Positions 35,804 to 50,369 are shown, counted from the first letter of the stretch. The stretch: DNA of 64,000 nt from Pavona decussata (GCA_977016875.1 CDRNST010000006.1:4402001-4466000); one strand, 5' to 3'. Notes: generated from the sequence alone by a model not told the origin. Numbers and translations: made by a program.

Positions 35804-36560
35804 TTATTTCTTCATAATACGCTCCAAAATGCTCATTAGTGCCTTTGTTTGTTCTAGCTGTTGTTGCATCATAAGCAGTGTTTGTTGACTCTGTTGTTGC
35901 ACTACTCTTTTCAGCAGTTGGCTCTGCTGCTTCTGGAACTGCCTCTGTGCATTTGCTGTAACAGTCATCTGCTGTTTCTCAAACTTCTGTTGCTCTTTTT
36001 TCAACGTCAATTCCTCCTGTTCTGGTGCATAATTTACCTCTGCCCTGTGGGATAAATAGCCTATTGCATTACTGCCAATGCGATGTGGTCTCTAAGTTTT
36101 GTTTTCCTCAATATCAGCTGACTGTTGCTTTTGTGTTTCTGATAACGTTTCCATTGTCTTTAATCTGATATCTGCTGCTTTCCCTTTATTAATCTCCATT
36201 CTTCTGCCTTTCTCCTGGTCTAGTTCTTGCTGCTCCACCTCAGCACTTTTTTCTAGTGCGATTATTTTCTTCCAACAGGTTTTTATATTCTGTGGGCTCA
36301 TCAGGTGTTATGCCACTTGCCTTTTCTTCAGCTCCTAACTTCTTTTTGTGCCTGTTTTGCAATATTCCAACATGATCCCAAACTGACCGCTTGTCAACAT
36401 TGAACACGGGATAGGCGCAATTATTTAATGTTGCAGCCACTTTTTCCCAGACTGAACTTTGTTGAGTGGAGCCCTTCTTTGAAGCATAGGGATTAAGGTT
36501 AATTACTTCTCGGCATAGGATCAGATCATGATCTCTGGTCCAAAACATCACAGAACCACA
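35804..36560 (-). pseudogene. Myb/SANT-like accessory protein of the second Harbinger
   Basis: WTRDHDLILCREV..WEKVAATLN..VDKRSVWDH..EEKASGI, with a coiled-coil Q-rich tail. Frameshifted. A possible upstream exon lies at about 37030-37146. Confidence 0.8.
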
Positions 36561-37457
36561 ATAAAACAAATATTTCACTAATTACAAATTTTATAACTGC
36601 AATGAACTGATTTGGGTCTGAAATACTCAAACATTATAATTTCAGTGAACTGATTTGAGTCTCAAAAATTCAAAAATTGTAATCACAGGAAACTTAAATT
36701 ATTTCGCCTGTACAAGTTTTAACGCCATTACATGCTATTAGTAAATATTCCCGCGCACCTGCTTTTGAATGGGAGTGTATCATATTTTAGAAATGCAACT
36801 ACACATTCCCCACCAAAGTTATCAACGTCGCGGATTCAAGCAGAAAAATTTCGTGTGACTGACATTAAACAAGTTAACTGTCTTGGGTATTTCTAAGGTT
36901 TATTTTTTGTTGGAAGTAAGCTTACTTGCTACTGTAAACTCGAACTTATCGAATCAGGATTTACATGTACATATAAGCTCAGCTCACACAAAATTTTAAT
37001 TCACTGACAGAGAGCCGCAAATCTTACTTGCTCGGCAATTGTAAAGTAAACAGGAAAACACTATCTTCAGTGTTCGAGAAACAGTTTAGCTCAAGCTTCC
37101 CTGGAGGTTTGGTTAAACTTGAAGCCTGACACTGAGGATCCACCATTTCAGCTGAGTGTCCAGGCTAGCCGCGTTCACTGCATAAAAAGGCAGCAATACG
37201 CCATTATTTCGACGGTTATCATCACTTGACAAACCCATAAATAGTTTTAGTCGCTATATTTAAGTATTTAGTGGTTAACCAGTCAATTTCTTTGAAAACA
37301 TCACCAATGTTACTCACGTTTTCTCTGAGTTCGGCGTTGTAGACATCAACACGACGCAGCAGCAAGTAGGTTTTGGCATGCGCAGAATGATTGTCTCATG
37401 GAAAATTACTTCCGTTGGTGTTGTAAAGTCATCGCATCTTCGTATCTTAAAGTCCCT

Positions 37458-39160
37458 ATTGTCAATAAGTACAGCCGACGTATTATGTACTGAAGTGGGT
37501 TTGTCAATGGTTGGAATAAGGTGAAGGCTTTGGGGGACAATAAAAAATTTTGGCTGATGTTAGAAGATTGCGACTTAAGGAGGTCTATGTTGAAATCCCG
37601 GATTATGTAGATGGGTTTATCATAGAAAATATATTTTTCGACAGCTTCGTCAAAATATGATTGAAAAGATTCCAGAGAATTGTGTTGTCTATAAAGAATC
37701 CTGTACACAATGTTTTTCTGGTTATCCATAACAATTTCAATCCACAAAGCTTGGTAGGCCTCATGAGAGGTCTTTCCTAGCACCATGTTATTTAGAGTGT
37801 CATTGATATACATTCCAACACCTCCAGATGCCAGTGGCATTGGGACATACTCATAGTTGTAACCTTTTAATTGTGGGATATTTTGATCCGAATTAGCATA
37901 AGAAATTTTGATTTCCGTGGGTCCAATAACAGAAAATTGAAAGTCTGGCTCATCTAAAAGATGTGTTTGTAGATTGTCAATGTTTCGCATGATACTGCGT
38001 ATGTTATTATGAAAGATTGAAAATCTACGTTTTGTTTGATTTCTAACTAGGGTTTTTATAAACTCATAAAGACTATGCGGTGTATAATATTTACATCGGA
38101 GACAAGTATTTAATTGGTCTATGTGATCATCTGGATGAGTATTAAGGCTAAACAAGTCAATGTCGTGAAAGCTACGTAGTATATCTAAATAGTTTTTAGT
38201 GGGTAAGTTCGAAGAGAGAAGATTATTGAATTGTTCATGCGAATTAATTGTCATAACCATAATAAGGAAGATCACACATCAACAATTTGTTAACTTTTTG
38301 CTGTTCCTTACTTTGGCTTCGTTTTCTCATCGCAAATATAATACAGATTCCATGCTTACCACATTCAGTTCCAAATTACTCATCTGCATTTTGTGCATCA
38401 GATCCTTGGGCTGTAACCGCATTCTCTGGTATCATAGTGGCAAGATTATCCATCCTATTAAGCTTAATGATTCTTGATGTATCATTTTGGCGCAGGTAGA
38501 TCACAGATTTTTTAGCCCAGCAGTATTTATAGTTATTGGCGGCCTTAAAGCGTTTGGTCTCGTACAATAACTCTTGTAGCCGCGGAGTAAGGTGGTCGTA
38601 GATGCCAATGTGGTTGATCCACACATTAATCAAATCGAGATCGGCAGTTCTTATATTGTTGGCAGATCTTCTTGCCGTCATGACTTTCTCTTTAGCTAGT
38701 CGGCGAACAAATTTACAAATGATAGGTTTCGGGCTATTCATCTGAGCTGATTTTGCTGGGACCCGGTGGGCGATGTCGATATCCTGAATTGTGGTGTCTG
38801 CTCCTATACATGAAAATAGTTTCAGACATATTGAGGTTGTGTCTTCGGGAGACTCCGTTTCTGACACTTGTGGAATGCCAACAATCTTGCCATTGTACTG
38901 ATACCTGTACGGCTCAAAAGAGTAGATGGCTTGAGAAATTCGATTGACTTGCTATGAAATTGTGTCAAGTTTACTGGATAGTCGCTTAATCTGGCCCCAC
39001 ATCTCTTTTCTACCCGCTGTGAGATCACCATATTCGTCGCTTAAGAATTGGACGCCATGTTCTTGTTCTTCTCCATTTGTTATTGTAGTCTTTAGTGAGG
39101 CTTTTAATGACTCCAGCTCTGATTCAAAGCTTTTCAATTTGAATTTCAGGTTGTCATTTA
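37458..39160 (-). mobile_element. CR1/L2(Crack)-clade LINE 5' part: ORF1 + ORF2 endonuclease, cut by the Harbinger end
   Basis: ORF1 has a coiled coil and DIDIAHRVP..PIICKFVRR..IYDHLTP..YKYCWAK. ORF2 has HNNIRS..GGVGMYI..LWIEI..YRQHN..DFNIDLL..TSAVLIDN|. Confidence 0.88.
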
Positions 39161-40961
39161 TGGTTGGCGAAATGGTGCAAAATTCGGGATAAATATTCAT
39201 TCACATTCACCTATAATATCCATTCACATTCACAATTAATATTTTGATTAACAAATAAAACCGTTCACATTCAGCATTTATATTTATATTCTGGATCAAT
39301 ATTGGTTCACATTCAAGATTTGTATTCGTTCAGTAGTTATAACTTCATCCACATTCAGCTATTGTATCGTTTCACATTCACAGTACGCCAAATGGTGAAA
39401 AATTCATGAAATATTTCTAGTCAGCAATTTCTTCCCATCGTATCTTGCGTGCACCATGTGATATAAAATGACCTCAAAGCCAGAGCCCGCGCTTTCGTGA
39501 TCAAAATGGCGGATGCGGGTGAACGGACCGAACTATATGATGTCTCTGATTGGGAACGTTTTTTTTGGAGGAGTACTTGATGTCCTTAACACCTTCATCA
39601 TTAGCAGCTTTTGTCCCAAGGCTATAATGATCACCACGTTACTGAGTTGGCGCATGTTGGTTCGCTTGTTTACACAGACTCAGTGATACTCACATTTTTC
39701 CCATCCCTTTGGGGTTGAGAAGAATACTTCGCGAATCATAAAATATCTCATGTTATCTGTAACGCCATCGAGTGTATCTCAATATAAGATAAAACGTCAA
39801 CAGGTAATTCAACTCCTATGTTTATCTTTGATGGTTGTTAGTTTACCTGGCTCAGAAATATTTAAGAGTGATTGTCAGTAAAAATCAAAGAAATGGTGGC
39901 CACGGTCAAAAAATCGATTTCGCTCATACTTTGTCAGTTTGAAGGCCTAGGTAAGTGACTGAAGGATATGAGGTTAGTTTTTTGAAATATTCCATTTAAC
40001 GGCAGAAAACCACGAAAAACGGTCACCCTACCGGAAGCTCAGATTTCACCGAGCGGAAACTCGAAATTTTACACTTTTCAGCTTCTCGCTACACAGACGT
40101 TTACATAGCTGTGAATCTTTCTTAAGTATAATTGAATACATTGATTCTTCCTTAGTCTCTACTCATTTGTGAGCGAACTGAGACCCGATTAAGAAGACAC
40201 ACTTTTCTCATTTACGCGAAGGTGTAAAATAATCCAAACTCAGCGGCGAAAAAAGCTGACCGGTAGTTCTTCAAATCCTCTGATATTATAACCAAAGACA
40301 GTTCAGTCATTGATTTTTAGGTCTACGTTTTTAAATCTTTAGGATCTAGTAGCACTTTTGCATGAACGCCGATCAAAATTCGATAAAATTCAAATTGAGC
40401 GCCTTTGAAATCTACAACTCTACATAACAAAGCAATATTGAATAAATTAACTCCTCGGCCAAAGTTTGTACATAAACATGAGGGTTTTACGTTTTTAGCG
40501 TTTTGAACCGTTTTAAAGTATTTATTGATGTTAAATATTGTCTACACAGGTAAAACAAACTATGAAACACCAAAATTACCACGAGCTGAAATTAAATCTC
40601 ACAGGCTCGCTCTCTAATCTGTCACGCACGAACGACTTAGCTACGATTAGTACAGTAACAAACAGATATTTACATCTGTTGATTTAAAATAAGTCTTATT
40701 TTAAAAAATCTTAGTCAGCGATGTGCCAGGTTCCCCAGTTAACTTGCTGAAATAAAAATAAAAGAAATATCAATTCAAACTGAAACGATTAGAATTGATG
40801 TTATTAAGAATGAGAAGCTTTATGCCGTCAATAGCCAATCAGAATTACCTGTTCTCACGAAAATTGCATCGTTCTTTAAATAACTAAATCGAGTTATCTT
40901 AATCTGTGAAACATTGCATCTAAAACCAGAGATTATAGTCGGGGAAGTTCATTGAACAACG

Positions 40962-41365
40962 ATGTCTTGTTCGTTCTTGAATATTGTTGGTGGGATTTGC
41001 GGCGAAGACGAACGCACCAAGTTCTTCAACTTCCGTCACGCCACTCACGCTGTGTAACAGGGATATAAAAAATCACAAAAAGTCGTTGAAATTTTCTGGA
41101 ATTGAAACGGAGGTAGAATTAATTTTGGCGAGATGTGGATGTTTTCAGAAGCCGGCGAATTTATCGGATATGACTATCTGTCCGGTTCATTGTGCCAAGT
41201 TATGTATAGGTTGGCGAAGGACTGGTAATCTTTGCACCATCCCAGAAGTTGTTTCTGGTCACTGCAAGGAGCTGAGGAAGGCACCCGCACTGGAAAAAGG
41301 AATAAATTTATTCCAATCCATGAAGATATTTGAGCTTTCAAAACAACTCGTCCCTGTGGGCTCAG
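40962..41365 (+). pseudogene. First exon of the putative Sola3 transposase (frameshifted), ending at a GT donor
   Basis: MSCSFLNIVGGICG..PLTLCNRDI..EVELILARCG..TICPVH..IGWRR..C..P..H..VPVGSG|GTAAG. Confidence 0.55.
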
Positions 41366-41654
41366 GTAAGCAACCAACTACTTAATGTTCTACCAAACAG
41401 GAACTCTCTCCAATGAATTATTTTTAGTCTATTCATTCTGATAACTTAAGATTATATGAAAGAATCATTTGTTTAAACGACGGAGAGAAATAAGAACGGG
41501 TGGTGAGGGTCATTTCATTACTTATCTCTTCATTCAGTTATCCAATCTAATATTTTTATAACAACCTTTACTTCATGCCTCTCATTTTTTTATGGATTGC
41601 GCTTATATTAGTGTGTGCACTGTATAATGCCCTACCCACTTTGTCGCCAGGTAT

Positions 41655-41710
41655 GTGAGTGGGTGAGTGAGTGAGTGAGTGAGCAAGTGGGTGAGTAAGT
41701 GAGTGAGTGT
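41655..41710. repeat. (GAGT)n microsatellite
   Basis: Directly visible. Confidence 0.85.
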
Positions 41711-42907
41711 ACTATCCAGAGAGTGTCCATAAACAGGTCCGCAGCGCATGCACAGAACTACCCACATGTACGCAATGTGTTTTTTTATCTCTCAGTTTGT
41801 ACGCGCGGCCCGCTAAACTTTAACTAGTTTCCATTCCCGCGCGCCCGATTGAGCTCAGACACATAATAAATATTTCAGTAACCTCGTTACGTTATAATTG
41901 CGCATAATTGTATAAAATATAACATTTATTTTCTTTCGAAAAATCGTTTTATTTGTTCAGGTTATCTTTTTTAAAAGTGTGTTCAGTGAGGAGGTAGATA
42001 CACTAATGGTATGGCGACCACCTCAAGGCTGCCCCCGCGATTAAACCGGCCAACCAGCGTGTAACTCGCTAATTACAGTTGTAAATCCATTCAAAGTCGT
42101 AGGGGTAAAAAGTTTGAAATGTCTCCCCAAAAGACAAGACAAATTCAAAGTAACAAAGCTTGACGTACAAGATTGATCAAAGATCTACTTAAATATAGTT
42201 TTGTGGGGAAATGGCCATATTGGAGTGATGCAAGGACCGTAATTGTGCTATTAGACGTAAACATATAATTGTCAATGTGACGTTTCCACTAGTATACTGT
42301 ACAAACTGTTTACTTTGTGGGTGGTTGGGGAGAGAGAATAGTATGGTTGTTAAATCCTCCCCCCCCCCCCCCCACACACACACACACACACACCCTTCCC
42401 TCCTTTTTAACTGTCATAAAAATGACAGTGCACATTATTTATTCTTCGGTGCTTTCTTTGGAAACGTCTCAGTATTTTTCATCAAATATTGTCAAAATTA
42501 AACTTTATTTTCTCTATCAATGACAGACTGTACTGTTGTTTGACAAGCGCAATCAATAAAACATGCAAGTCGTAAAACTCATAGTGTTTTCTATAGTCGC
42601 ATTGGACAACAGAATGAAGAGGATACAAACTCACGCTCATTGGAGACAGTTCCTGCTTGGTAGTACATTTTGCAGTTGTTATTTACCTGAGCCCATAGGG
42701 AGGAGCTATTTTGAAAGGTCAAATATCTTCATGGATTGGATAAAATATATTCCTATTCCAGTGCGGCTACTTTCCACAGCTCCTGCTGAGTGACCCGAAA
42801 CAACTTCCGGTATGGTGCAAAAATCACTTTTGAGAATGATGTATTACTCAGTAAGTGGCACAGGAATAATCGAAAAAAAAAAAACCGATTCCTTCATGGG
42901 ACAAACA

Positions 42908-44234
42908 TCCTGCATACCGGTGAGGGTAAAAGGCGGAAAGAGTTTGCGGAATGGTATGTGGAATGGCGTGCGGAATGGCATAATTATGCGAAATACGATT
43001 TACGCGGGAAATAAATTAACTGACGGCGCATCCTGTTTTCACACCAATTTTATGAGAGCAGCAGTTTTTTCGATGTTGCGGACTATTAAACAACCAAACA
43101 ACAGATCGAGGATTAGAAAATATGCGCCTGGGATAGAACATGTCTGATCGCTGGTTAGGAAGTGAGAGTGAAGAAATCGATGAAGTTTCGCATTCAAGGA
43201 ACTAAGAATAAATTAAATTTCTAGTTGACAAAAAGAACGTGGCAGCGAGTAGCCTAGACAAAAAGCAACACCAGACTGGAGAAATAACATCAGTCCAAGG
43301 CCAAAACTATTATGTGAGAAATTTTATATTTAAACTCCGTTAATTTTATCAGACTCTTTGACGGTTACAATTTGTCCAACTCATGGGAAAAATATGTTCT
43401 ACTTTTTCTCACCTTACATTTTCGTCGAGCGACAAGTGCGCAAGTCCCTGTTGAGCTGCTGAGCTAGCTGCCTAGCTATTTAATACGGCGATTCAGGTAG
43501 CTATAGTTCATTTACGCGTTATCGAACTAAACATATCCGTCTTTAACTAAGGTCTTTCAGTGCCAGACGTCCCAACCTAAAATGAGATTTAAAAGCGAAA
43601 AAGCCCTAGAGCAAAAAAGCAGATGACAAGTATGGTGTGTAATTATCGACACTGGTTGTTTGAAAGGTTGTGAAACTATTCTTGTCACAAATGCATTTTG
43701 GTAAAATTGTTGTTCATTTTCCCGCTCATGATAAATGAATCATCGAGCATACAGGGTATGAGAATTGATCTTTCACCAAGGGTTTAAAAAAAAAGGAAAA
43801 AAGGTTTATTATTTTCCCTTGGTAAAGGATCAATCTTTGTCCTGAGAAGACTTCACGCTGCCACGTTATTTTTGTCAACCGAAGTCGCATGGAGTAAAGT
43901 GAACAGGAAATTTAATTTGCTACGGATTTACTCATAGTTCCTTGAATGCGAAAACTATAAACAGTTTTCATGGCTTTCTTTACCCTCACTTCTTCCAAAT
44001 CAACAATCAGACGATCAAATCCTCGAATTGTTGTTAATATTTAGCAAGAGTCTGCAGCATCAAAAAAGCTGCTGCTCTTATAAAATTGGCGCGAAAACAT
44101 GACGCGCTCATCAGTTAATTTATATACCGCGTAAATCGTATTTCGCATAATTATGCCTTTCCGCACGCCATTCCACATACCATTCCGCAAACTCTTTCCT
44201 CCTTTTACCCTCACCGCCTGCATACTGCTAGGAT
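42908..44234. mobile_element. Inner element with about 350-bp diverged inverted repeats (MITE-like)
   Basis: GGTGAGGGTAAAAGG.GGAAAGAGTTTGCGGAATGGTATGTGGAATGGCGTGCGG at about 42919-43260 is inverted at about 43860-44216. No clear TSD. Confidence 0.6.
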
Positions 44235-46825
44235 TGGAATGTCATGTGTGGCATACGTGCAATGGAATAAATGTGATGGAATATTTTTGAGCCTGGAGAA
44301 TAAATGACAATGGTGTATTATTGAGTAAGTGGCACAGGCATAATCGGTAAAAAAGAAATCCGAGTGCTCCCTCAGGACCAGGTAGGATACGCCGAAGATC
44401 TTCGGCGTGGGTTTGAAGAGCGCTCGGTGTACTGGCATACGATCGAAGTCGTTGGCGTACAGCTGGCGTATATCTTTTGGGATAAGCAATACAATCATCA
44501 AAGCAGCTAGAAAATAAATTTACTCGAACAGACCCCAAACATGTCGGTGCCAAAGTGATTTAGTTACCTGCATAACGTGATTTACCCAAGTGACCAGGCT
44601 CCAGAGCGCGATTTTTTCACGCTAATCTCCCGCGCAAAATCGCCGGCCCGCCATCTTGGTAAGTAATTCCGCTGGCCACATTGTTGTCAAATGTCAAGTT
44701 GGCGGCTTGGCGTGGAATTAAGACGTCCTTGGCGTACCTTCAGCGTGATGTTGACGCAGGATGCACCCTGGCCTCAGGAGTGGAGCCTATCGACATCATG
44801 TCAGGTTATGCCTAACCTGACACGATGAGACGAACGGGTGGTCATCTCCAATAAATTCGTTGGCTTTTAAAAACACGCAATCTTGCTAAAATCAATTCTT
44901 GTTCAAGTCCGGAGAGTTTAAGGACTGTGCGATGTTTTATATCCTGGTTACGTTGAGCGTGAGTAGTGTCACGAAAGTTAAGTAGCAAGTGCGTTCACCT
45001 GCGCCGCAAATCCCACCAACAAGAACAAGCAAGACATCGTTGTTATGTATGTCTATGAACTTCACCAACAACATACTCTGGTTATATGGTTAGGTATATT
45101 TGTTTATTCAGAGAACGGTGCAATATTTGCTTTTCGCAGAAACAGTTACTTCCGATTGGTTATCGACGGCACAAAACTTCTCATACTGAATAAAATCGAT
45201 TCTAATTGTTCTAGACAGTAGTTTGAATTACTATTAAGGAATTTTTTTTTATTTCAGCAAGTTAACTGGGGAACCTGGCACATCGTTGACTAAGATTTTT
45301 TAAAATAAGACTTATTTTAATTAAATCAACAGATGAAAATATCTGTTTGTTACTGTACTAATTGTAGCTAAGTCGCTCGTGCGTGACACAGATTAGAGAG
45401 CGAGCCTGTGAGATTTAATTTCAGCTCGTGGTAATTTTGGTGTTTCATAGTTTGTTTTACCTGTGTAGACAATATTTAACATCAATAAATACTTTAAAAC
45501 GGTTCAAAACGCTAAAAACGTAAAACCCTCATGTTTATGTACAAACTTTGGCCGAGGAGTTAATTTATTCAATATTGCTTTGTTATGTAGAGTTGTAGAT
45601 TTCAAAGGCGCTCAATTTGAATTTTATCGAATTTTGATCGGCGTTCATGCAAAAGTGCTACTAGATCCTAAAGATTTAAAAACGTAGACCTAAAAATCAA
45701 TGACTGAACTGTCTTTGGTTATAATATCAGAGGATTTGAAGAACTACCGGTCAGCTTTTTTCGCCGCTGAGTTTGGATTATTTTACACCTTCGCGTAAAT
45801 GAGAAAAGTGTGTCTTCTTAATCGGGTCTCAGTTCGCTCACAAATGAGTAGAGACTAAGGAAGAATCAATGTATTCAATTATACTTAAGAAAGATTCACA
45901 GCTATGTAAACGTCTGTGTAGCGAGAAGCTGAAAAGTGTAAAATTTCGAGTTTCCGCTCGGTGAAATCTGAGCTTCCGGTAGGGTGACCGTTTTTCGTGG
46001 TTTTCTGCCGTTAAATGGAATATTTCAAAAAACTAACCTCATATCCTTCAGTCACTTACCTAGGCCTTCAAACTGACAAAGTATGAGCGAAATCGATTTT
46101 TTGACCGTGCCCACGTTTTTTGAATTTTCCTCGATTTTTACTGACATTTACTCTTAAAGGTTACTGTTCTATCTGTTTAATATGAAATAACTTATACAGG
46201 GAAAAGCATGACGCAAATATCAATTTTCCTCCGTGTCAAATTCGTCCAAGAAGAGAGTTTCATCATTGAAATCCATTGCAGGGAATAAGTACAGGACCGT
46301 TTACTTATTCAATGGATTATGTTTGAGTGCAAACATGCCAGATGCCTTGGGTTATTGTCCTGTTGATTTTGAATCAAGACAGAACCGTTACGTTGAAATA
46401 GAGGAAACAATATTGCAAGGGTAAGATCTTATGAGGACCATGAAATGGATCAATTTGTCCCACTTATTGTTTGAAAGACCTGCAGTTTGTACTTGATTAC
46501 ATGTAACAGTTCAATTTTACTTCAGTGTTGTTGTCTGTGAGGATGTCTCAAGAGACAAGGTCAATTTTTTTCTGGGAGTCATTGCTTGCCATTTTAATTA
46601 TGATTGACAGAAGTATAAAACACAACCATTTGCTGAGTTGAGAAATACACAGAAAACTCTTACAATTAAAGTCTCACAACGGTATATCAATATATAAATT
46701 TTACTTTCTCTTGTACTAATAATTATTTAAATTTTCAATGGTCTAACCTGAAAATAACAATTGAAACATTTTAGTCTACAAAATGGCAGATACCAAATAT
46801 GAAGAAAAGTCGATCACTTATATAA

Positions 46826-49750
46826 TTAAGACCAGCTATCGCAATGTAATGCCACATCACAGTTCCAGGCTTGCAAACTTCCATGTGTCGAGCTGTGCGT
46901 TTGTGTGCCTACCAAGGCTTCTGCTTCGGCAGCCAAGCGACTCAATTCTGGTACAATAAGAAACCATCTTGCCAAAGTTGCTGGTTTTTGGGTCAAACCG
47001 TCGAGGCCTCCTTGGATCTTCATTGTTTTGTTCTCGTGCTCAATTGCATGGTCTGGTTCTATGGCACCAATTGGAATGTCATCCTTGTTGACACAGAAGT
47101 TCCCCTTCATGAATTCTTCATGCAAATCAGGATCACTTGATTCGAGTTGCTCCATCTGCATAAGGTAGAGCGGTACCATTTGGGCATAGTTAAGTTGATC
47201 ATGCGCAAAGAAATACTTCCACAAGGACGATTCCAAATGAAGCTTCCAGTTGCCTTCTCTAGTGGCACGAAGGAACATCTGTATACAAGCTACAAACTTC
47301 ATGTAGTCGTTGGCAAACTTAAACATAGGATGTTGGGGCTCCATCTTTTGGTCAAAGTCATCTAGCTTCTCTTTGAATGCCTCTGTTTCCATTTCTCTTA
47401 GGATCTTGCTATGGTGTACCCCAAGATCGCTGTATTGACGTGGCCCCTCCTGGCAGGAAGTATTCATAGAGAAAGCAGTGAGATGCGTGTTTGGATAGTC
47501 AGTACCACTCTCATCTTGCTGTGTCTTCAGAAATGCTTCAACATACAAGTCAGATAGCCCAGCATATGTCATACTGTGTGCAGTCGAAGGGTGCTTCATG
47601 TGATTGCCATCAAGAATCTGGTGTTTTGTAGTAGATCCATATATCCCAGCTTCTACCCAAGCATCATCGAAACCACTGTCCTCAATGGATGTTCCAAGAG
47701 CACGTAATGCAGTCATTACTGTGTGCAGCTCGCCTAGCACACAGGTGCAAGGTGATCTAGCGCTGGTGCGGTATGTAGTTACAACTTAACAGCCTTCTCA
47801 AATGTTATCACTGTATTGTGACTTTCCCCCAATACCACAGTAGTGATATTCTGTGCCTGCTTTAGCACTGTCAGCATGGTACTCCACTCGTGTGCGGGTG
47901 CTGCTAATGAGGGCATCATGGCAACGGTGGTGAGCAGTAGCGTTGATGAATTGATTTTAGAATTGTACGCCACCCACATTGGATTCTCAGAGCGTGATCG
48001 TGCAAGCGATTCCCCTACTGACCATGCCAAATCATCTTGCCGTAGCATCAGTGATGTCTGGGGATTGGCCTGTGTCTAATCGGCCATACCTTGGCACTTT
48101 GGCTGAGGGTTAGCTGGAACATGGCATGGCAAACGTCTGGTCGCAGGTATGGAGCTTGATGGTAGAGATTTGGATTTGGCGTTCTTGCTAAGATCTAAAG
48201 TGATTTCAGGCAAGTAACCTGTTTTGAAAAACGGTCATTGCTGTAGCATGCAGGGTGTTTTTACCCTCGGGAGTGTCCTCAGAAAAATCGGAGTTAGCAG
48301 CAGCAAAATAGATAAATTGGCCTTTTGCTAGCGCTGGGGGAACATAGAAGCCCTGATCATCCGAATGTCTCGGAACAGCTCCAGCGAGCTGGGTCTCGAT
48401 GCTTAATATGCACGTATAGTCCACAGACACACCAAGTTTGTGTAGTAGGTCAGTCAAAGATCTACTTCGAGTCTGTTGGTGAGCTAATACACCTACTCCA
48501 ACTTGCAATGAATACTCACGCTGATGTTGGAATGGCTTCTCTGTTTCATCAGATGTTGGAGCATGCTTTACCTGTTGGTCTGTTTTTACTTCAAACATGA
48601 TTTGTTGCGAAAGAAGGGTGGCTTTTTTGTTGACGTCATCAATGCGTTTCTCTATGTGAAGTTCAGTGGCAACACCCGAAAGAATCCACTGAAGCAGGGT
48701 AAGGAGCCTAGTAGGGGTCATCTTTCTCATCTCTGCCTCCAGTTTCCCATCAAATTCCCAATTCTTTGCTTCAAGTATTTCCTGGCGAATAATCTTAGCA
48801 GTGAAAAAATGTCTTCAAGTCACTGTATCTATAGCAGCAATTTTTGCTGCAGTCAAGTAAAATCGATCTGACTCGTTGTGTCGAAATGCACATGCAAATT
48901 CAATGCCATCAATATTAGTGATCAGTAGTTCTCTCAAATATTTTCGAGAAAGAGATGCTTCACAAAGATACTTCAATATATCCCAGTACGTCTTGTACAC
49001 TTCATTGAGAGAGAGAGTATTTTTCCCTCCTCAAGCAAGCGTATTATCAAATTTAGAAACGCTATGCTCGCAGCAATCTCATTTTCCTGCTGGACAGTAC
49101 GCTCAGGCTGTGGAATGTTATCTGAGGCGCGAATAACATGTTTTTTCCAACAAGTACGGTGGTACTGAACATCAATGGACAAGGCATCATCTGGCTTAAT
49201 TGTGCTGGTTAGGTAGACTTTTTAGAAGTCATTGTCAAAGTTTTTAACAAACTCACGAAGCTGCTTTCCCCTACTTTCAGTTTGTATGGCATGGACAGCT
49301 TGTTTTTCACCGTGCATTTGACAAAAAAACACCGCTCCTTGTTATATGCTGCAGTAGACATGCGCGATAAACGTTGTGGTATGCTAGGAGTTTCGTCGAA
49401 TGCAATTGGACGGCATGATTTTGACTCGAGTGAAGGCCGTCCCGGAGCTAGAGAGAGAGCAGCGATGTCGTTTGATGCAACAGCTTTCTCAAACCTGACC
49501 TGGGCATGAAAGCTGGCACTACTCTGTTTGAGATCATCTTTTGATACGCCTTCTAAATGTTTACTTGCCTCTGCAAACTCACTTTCGCCATACTTCCCTC
49601 GAGAGAACACGTAGAATAAAATGTTTTTATAAGCAGAAATGCTTATGTTTTTCACTAGGGGCTCAGTTGTCTCCTTTTGATACATCTCTTAAGGTCAACC
49701 TCTCCAGTTTGCCGTTTTTTATTGGAATATCCATTGCTAAGGAACGTAAA
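46826..49750 (-). pseudogene. AcademX-type transposase remnant (3'-truncated, many frameshifts)
   Basis: DVQYHRTC; FAAANSDFSEDTPEGKNTLHAT; LGELHTVM..G..IEDSGF; FLRATREGNWKLHL..FFAHDQLNYA..EEFMKGNF..DHAIEHENK..GGLDGLT. Confidence 0.75.
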
Positions 49751-50369
49751 TTTAAATTTTTATAATGTCTTTCCTAATGATTTCTTAAAACGTTCTCTCG
49801 TTAAAAGAAATTAAAAATTTCTAAGTTTTCCATTGCCAGTCTGCTATTTTTGCAGACTGAAAATCGAAAGCTTGTAAATCTTTAGTTTTTAAACAGTAGT
49901 AAGATTCTTTTCGGAGTCACATAAAGGTCTGAAAACTACATTATAAACTTCTGTCTGTTTCAAATAATCATAGTAGGTTGTCACTTTTAAATGGAACCAG
50001 TTTCAGCGTTTTTATCGAGTTCATAGTCAAAAACATAATGTACAACAGAATATTTGAGGGAGAGGCATCAGTTTTTGCTGGTCAGCTTTGCCAAATTATC
50101 TAAGAATAAAGACATTTTAAGGAATAAACACAATCTTGACGCAATGCATTGTGGGTAAAATCGTGAATTTAAAAACATGAAGAACACATTTTAAGGTATA
50201 TTGAAATTCTTTTTAGATTCCATTTTGTTGACTACAAAATGTACAAATTAGCCTAAATTGAGCTTCGTACATACCATTTTTGCTGCACACAACCTTGAAG
50301 AAGTTGGAGGAAAAAACAAAATGGAGGACCCAATTGAATCCAAAGAAAAAAGAGGCTGAAATGTTTCTG

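Larger units (their letters stand above)
26820..37457. mobile_element. Second Harbinger element (5'-truncated), host to nested insertions
   Basis: HARBI1-like C-terminal half on +, Myb/SANT partner on -, and a right terminus ..CGTATCTTAAAGTCCCT at 37457 that abuts a LINE ORF2. Confidence 0.7.
39866..46153. mobile_element. Sola3-like non-autonomous DNA transposon with very long TIRs
   Basis: TTAA|GAG ... CTC|TTAA termini. The inverted arms 39866-40760 and 45250-46153 are about 890 bp long. TTAA target, GAG termini and long TIRs are diagnostic of Sola3. Confidence 0.8.

Noticed and set aside
42812-44223. Duplicated small protein (VRVKGGKSLRNGMWNGVR) on both strands
   Set aside because: A by-product of the inverted repeat arms, with no evidence of coding.
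39901-46109. CACTA/Chapaev element with CACGG termini
   Set aside because: There is no TSD at these points, and the inverted homology extends outward to TTAA|GAG..CTC|TTAA, which fits Sola3 better.
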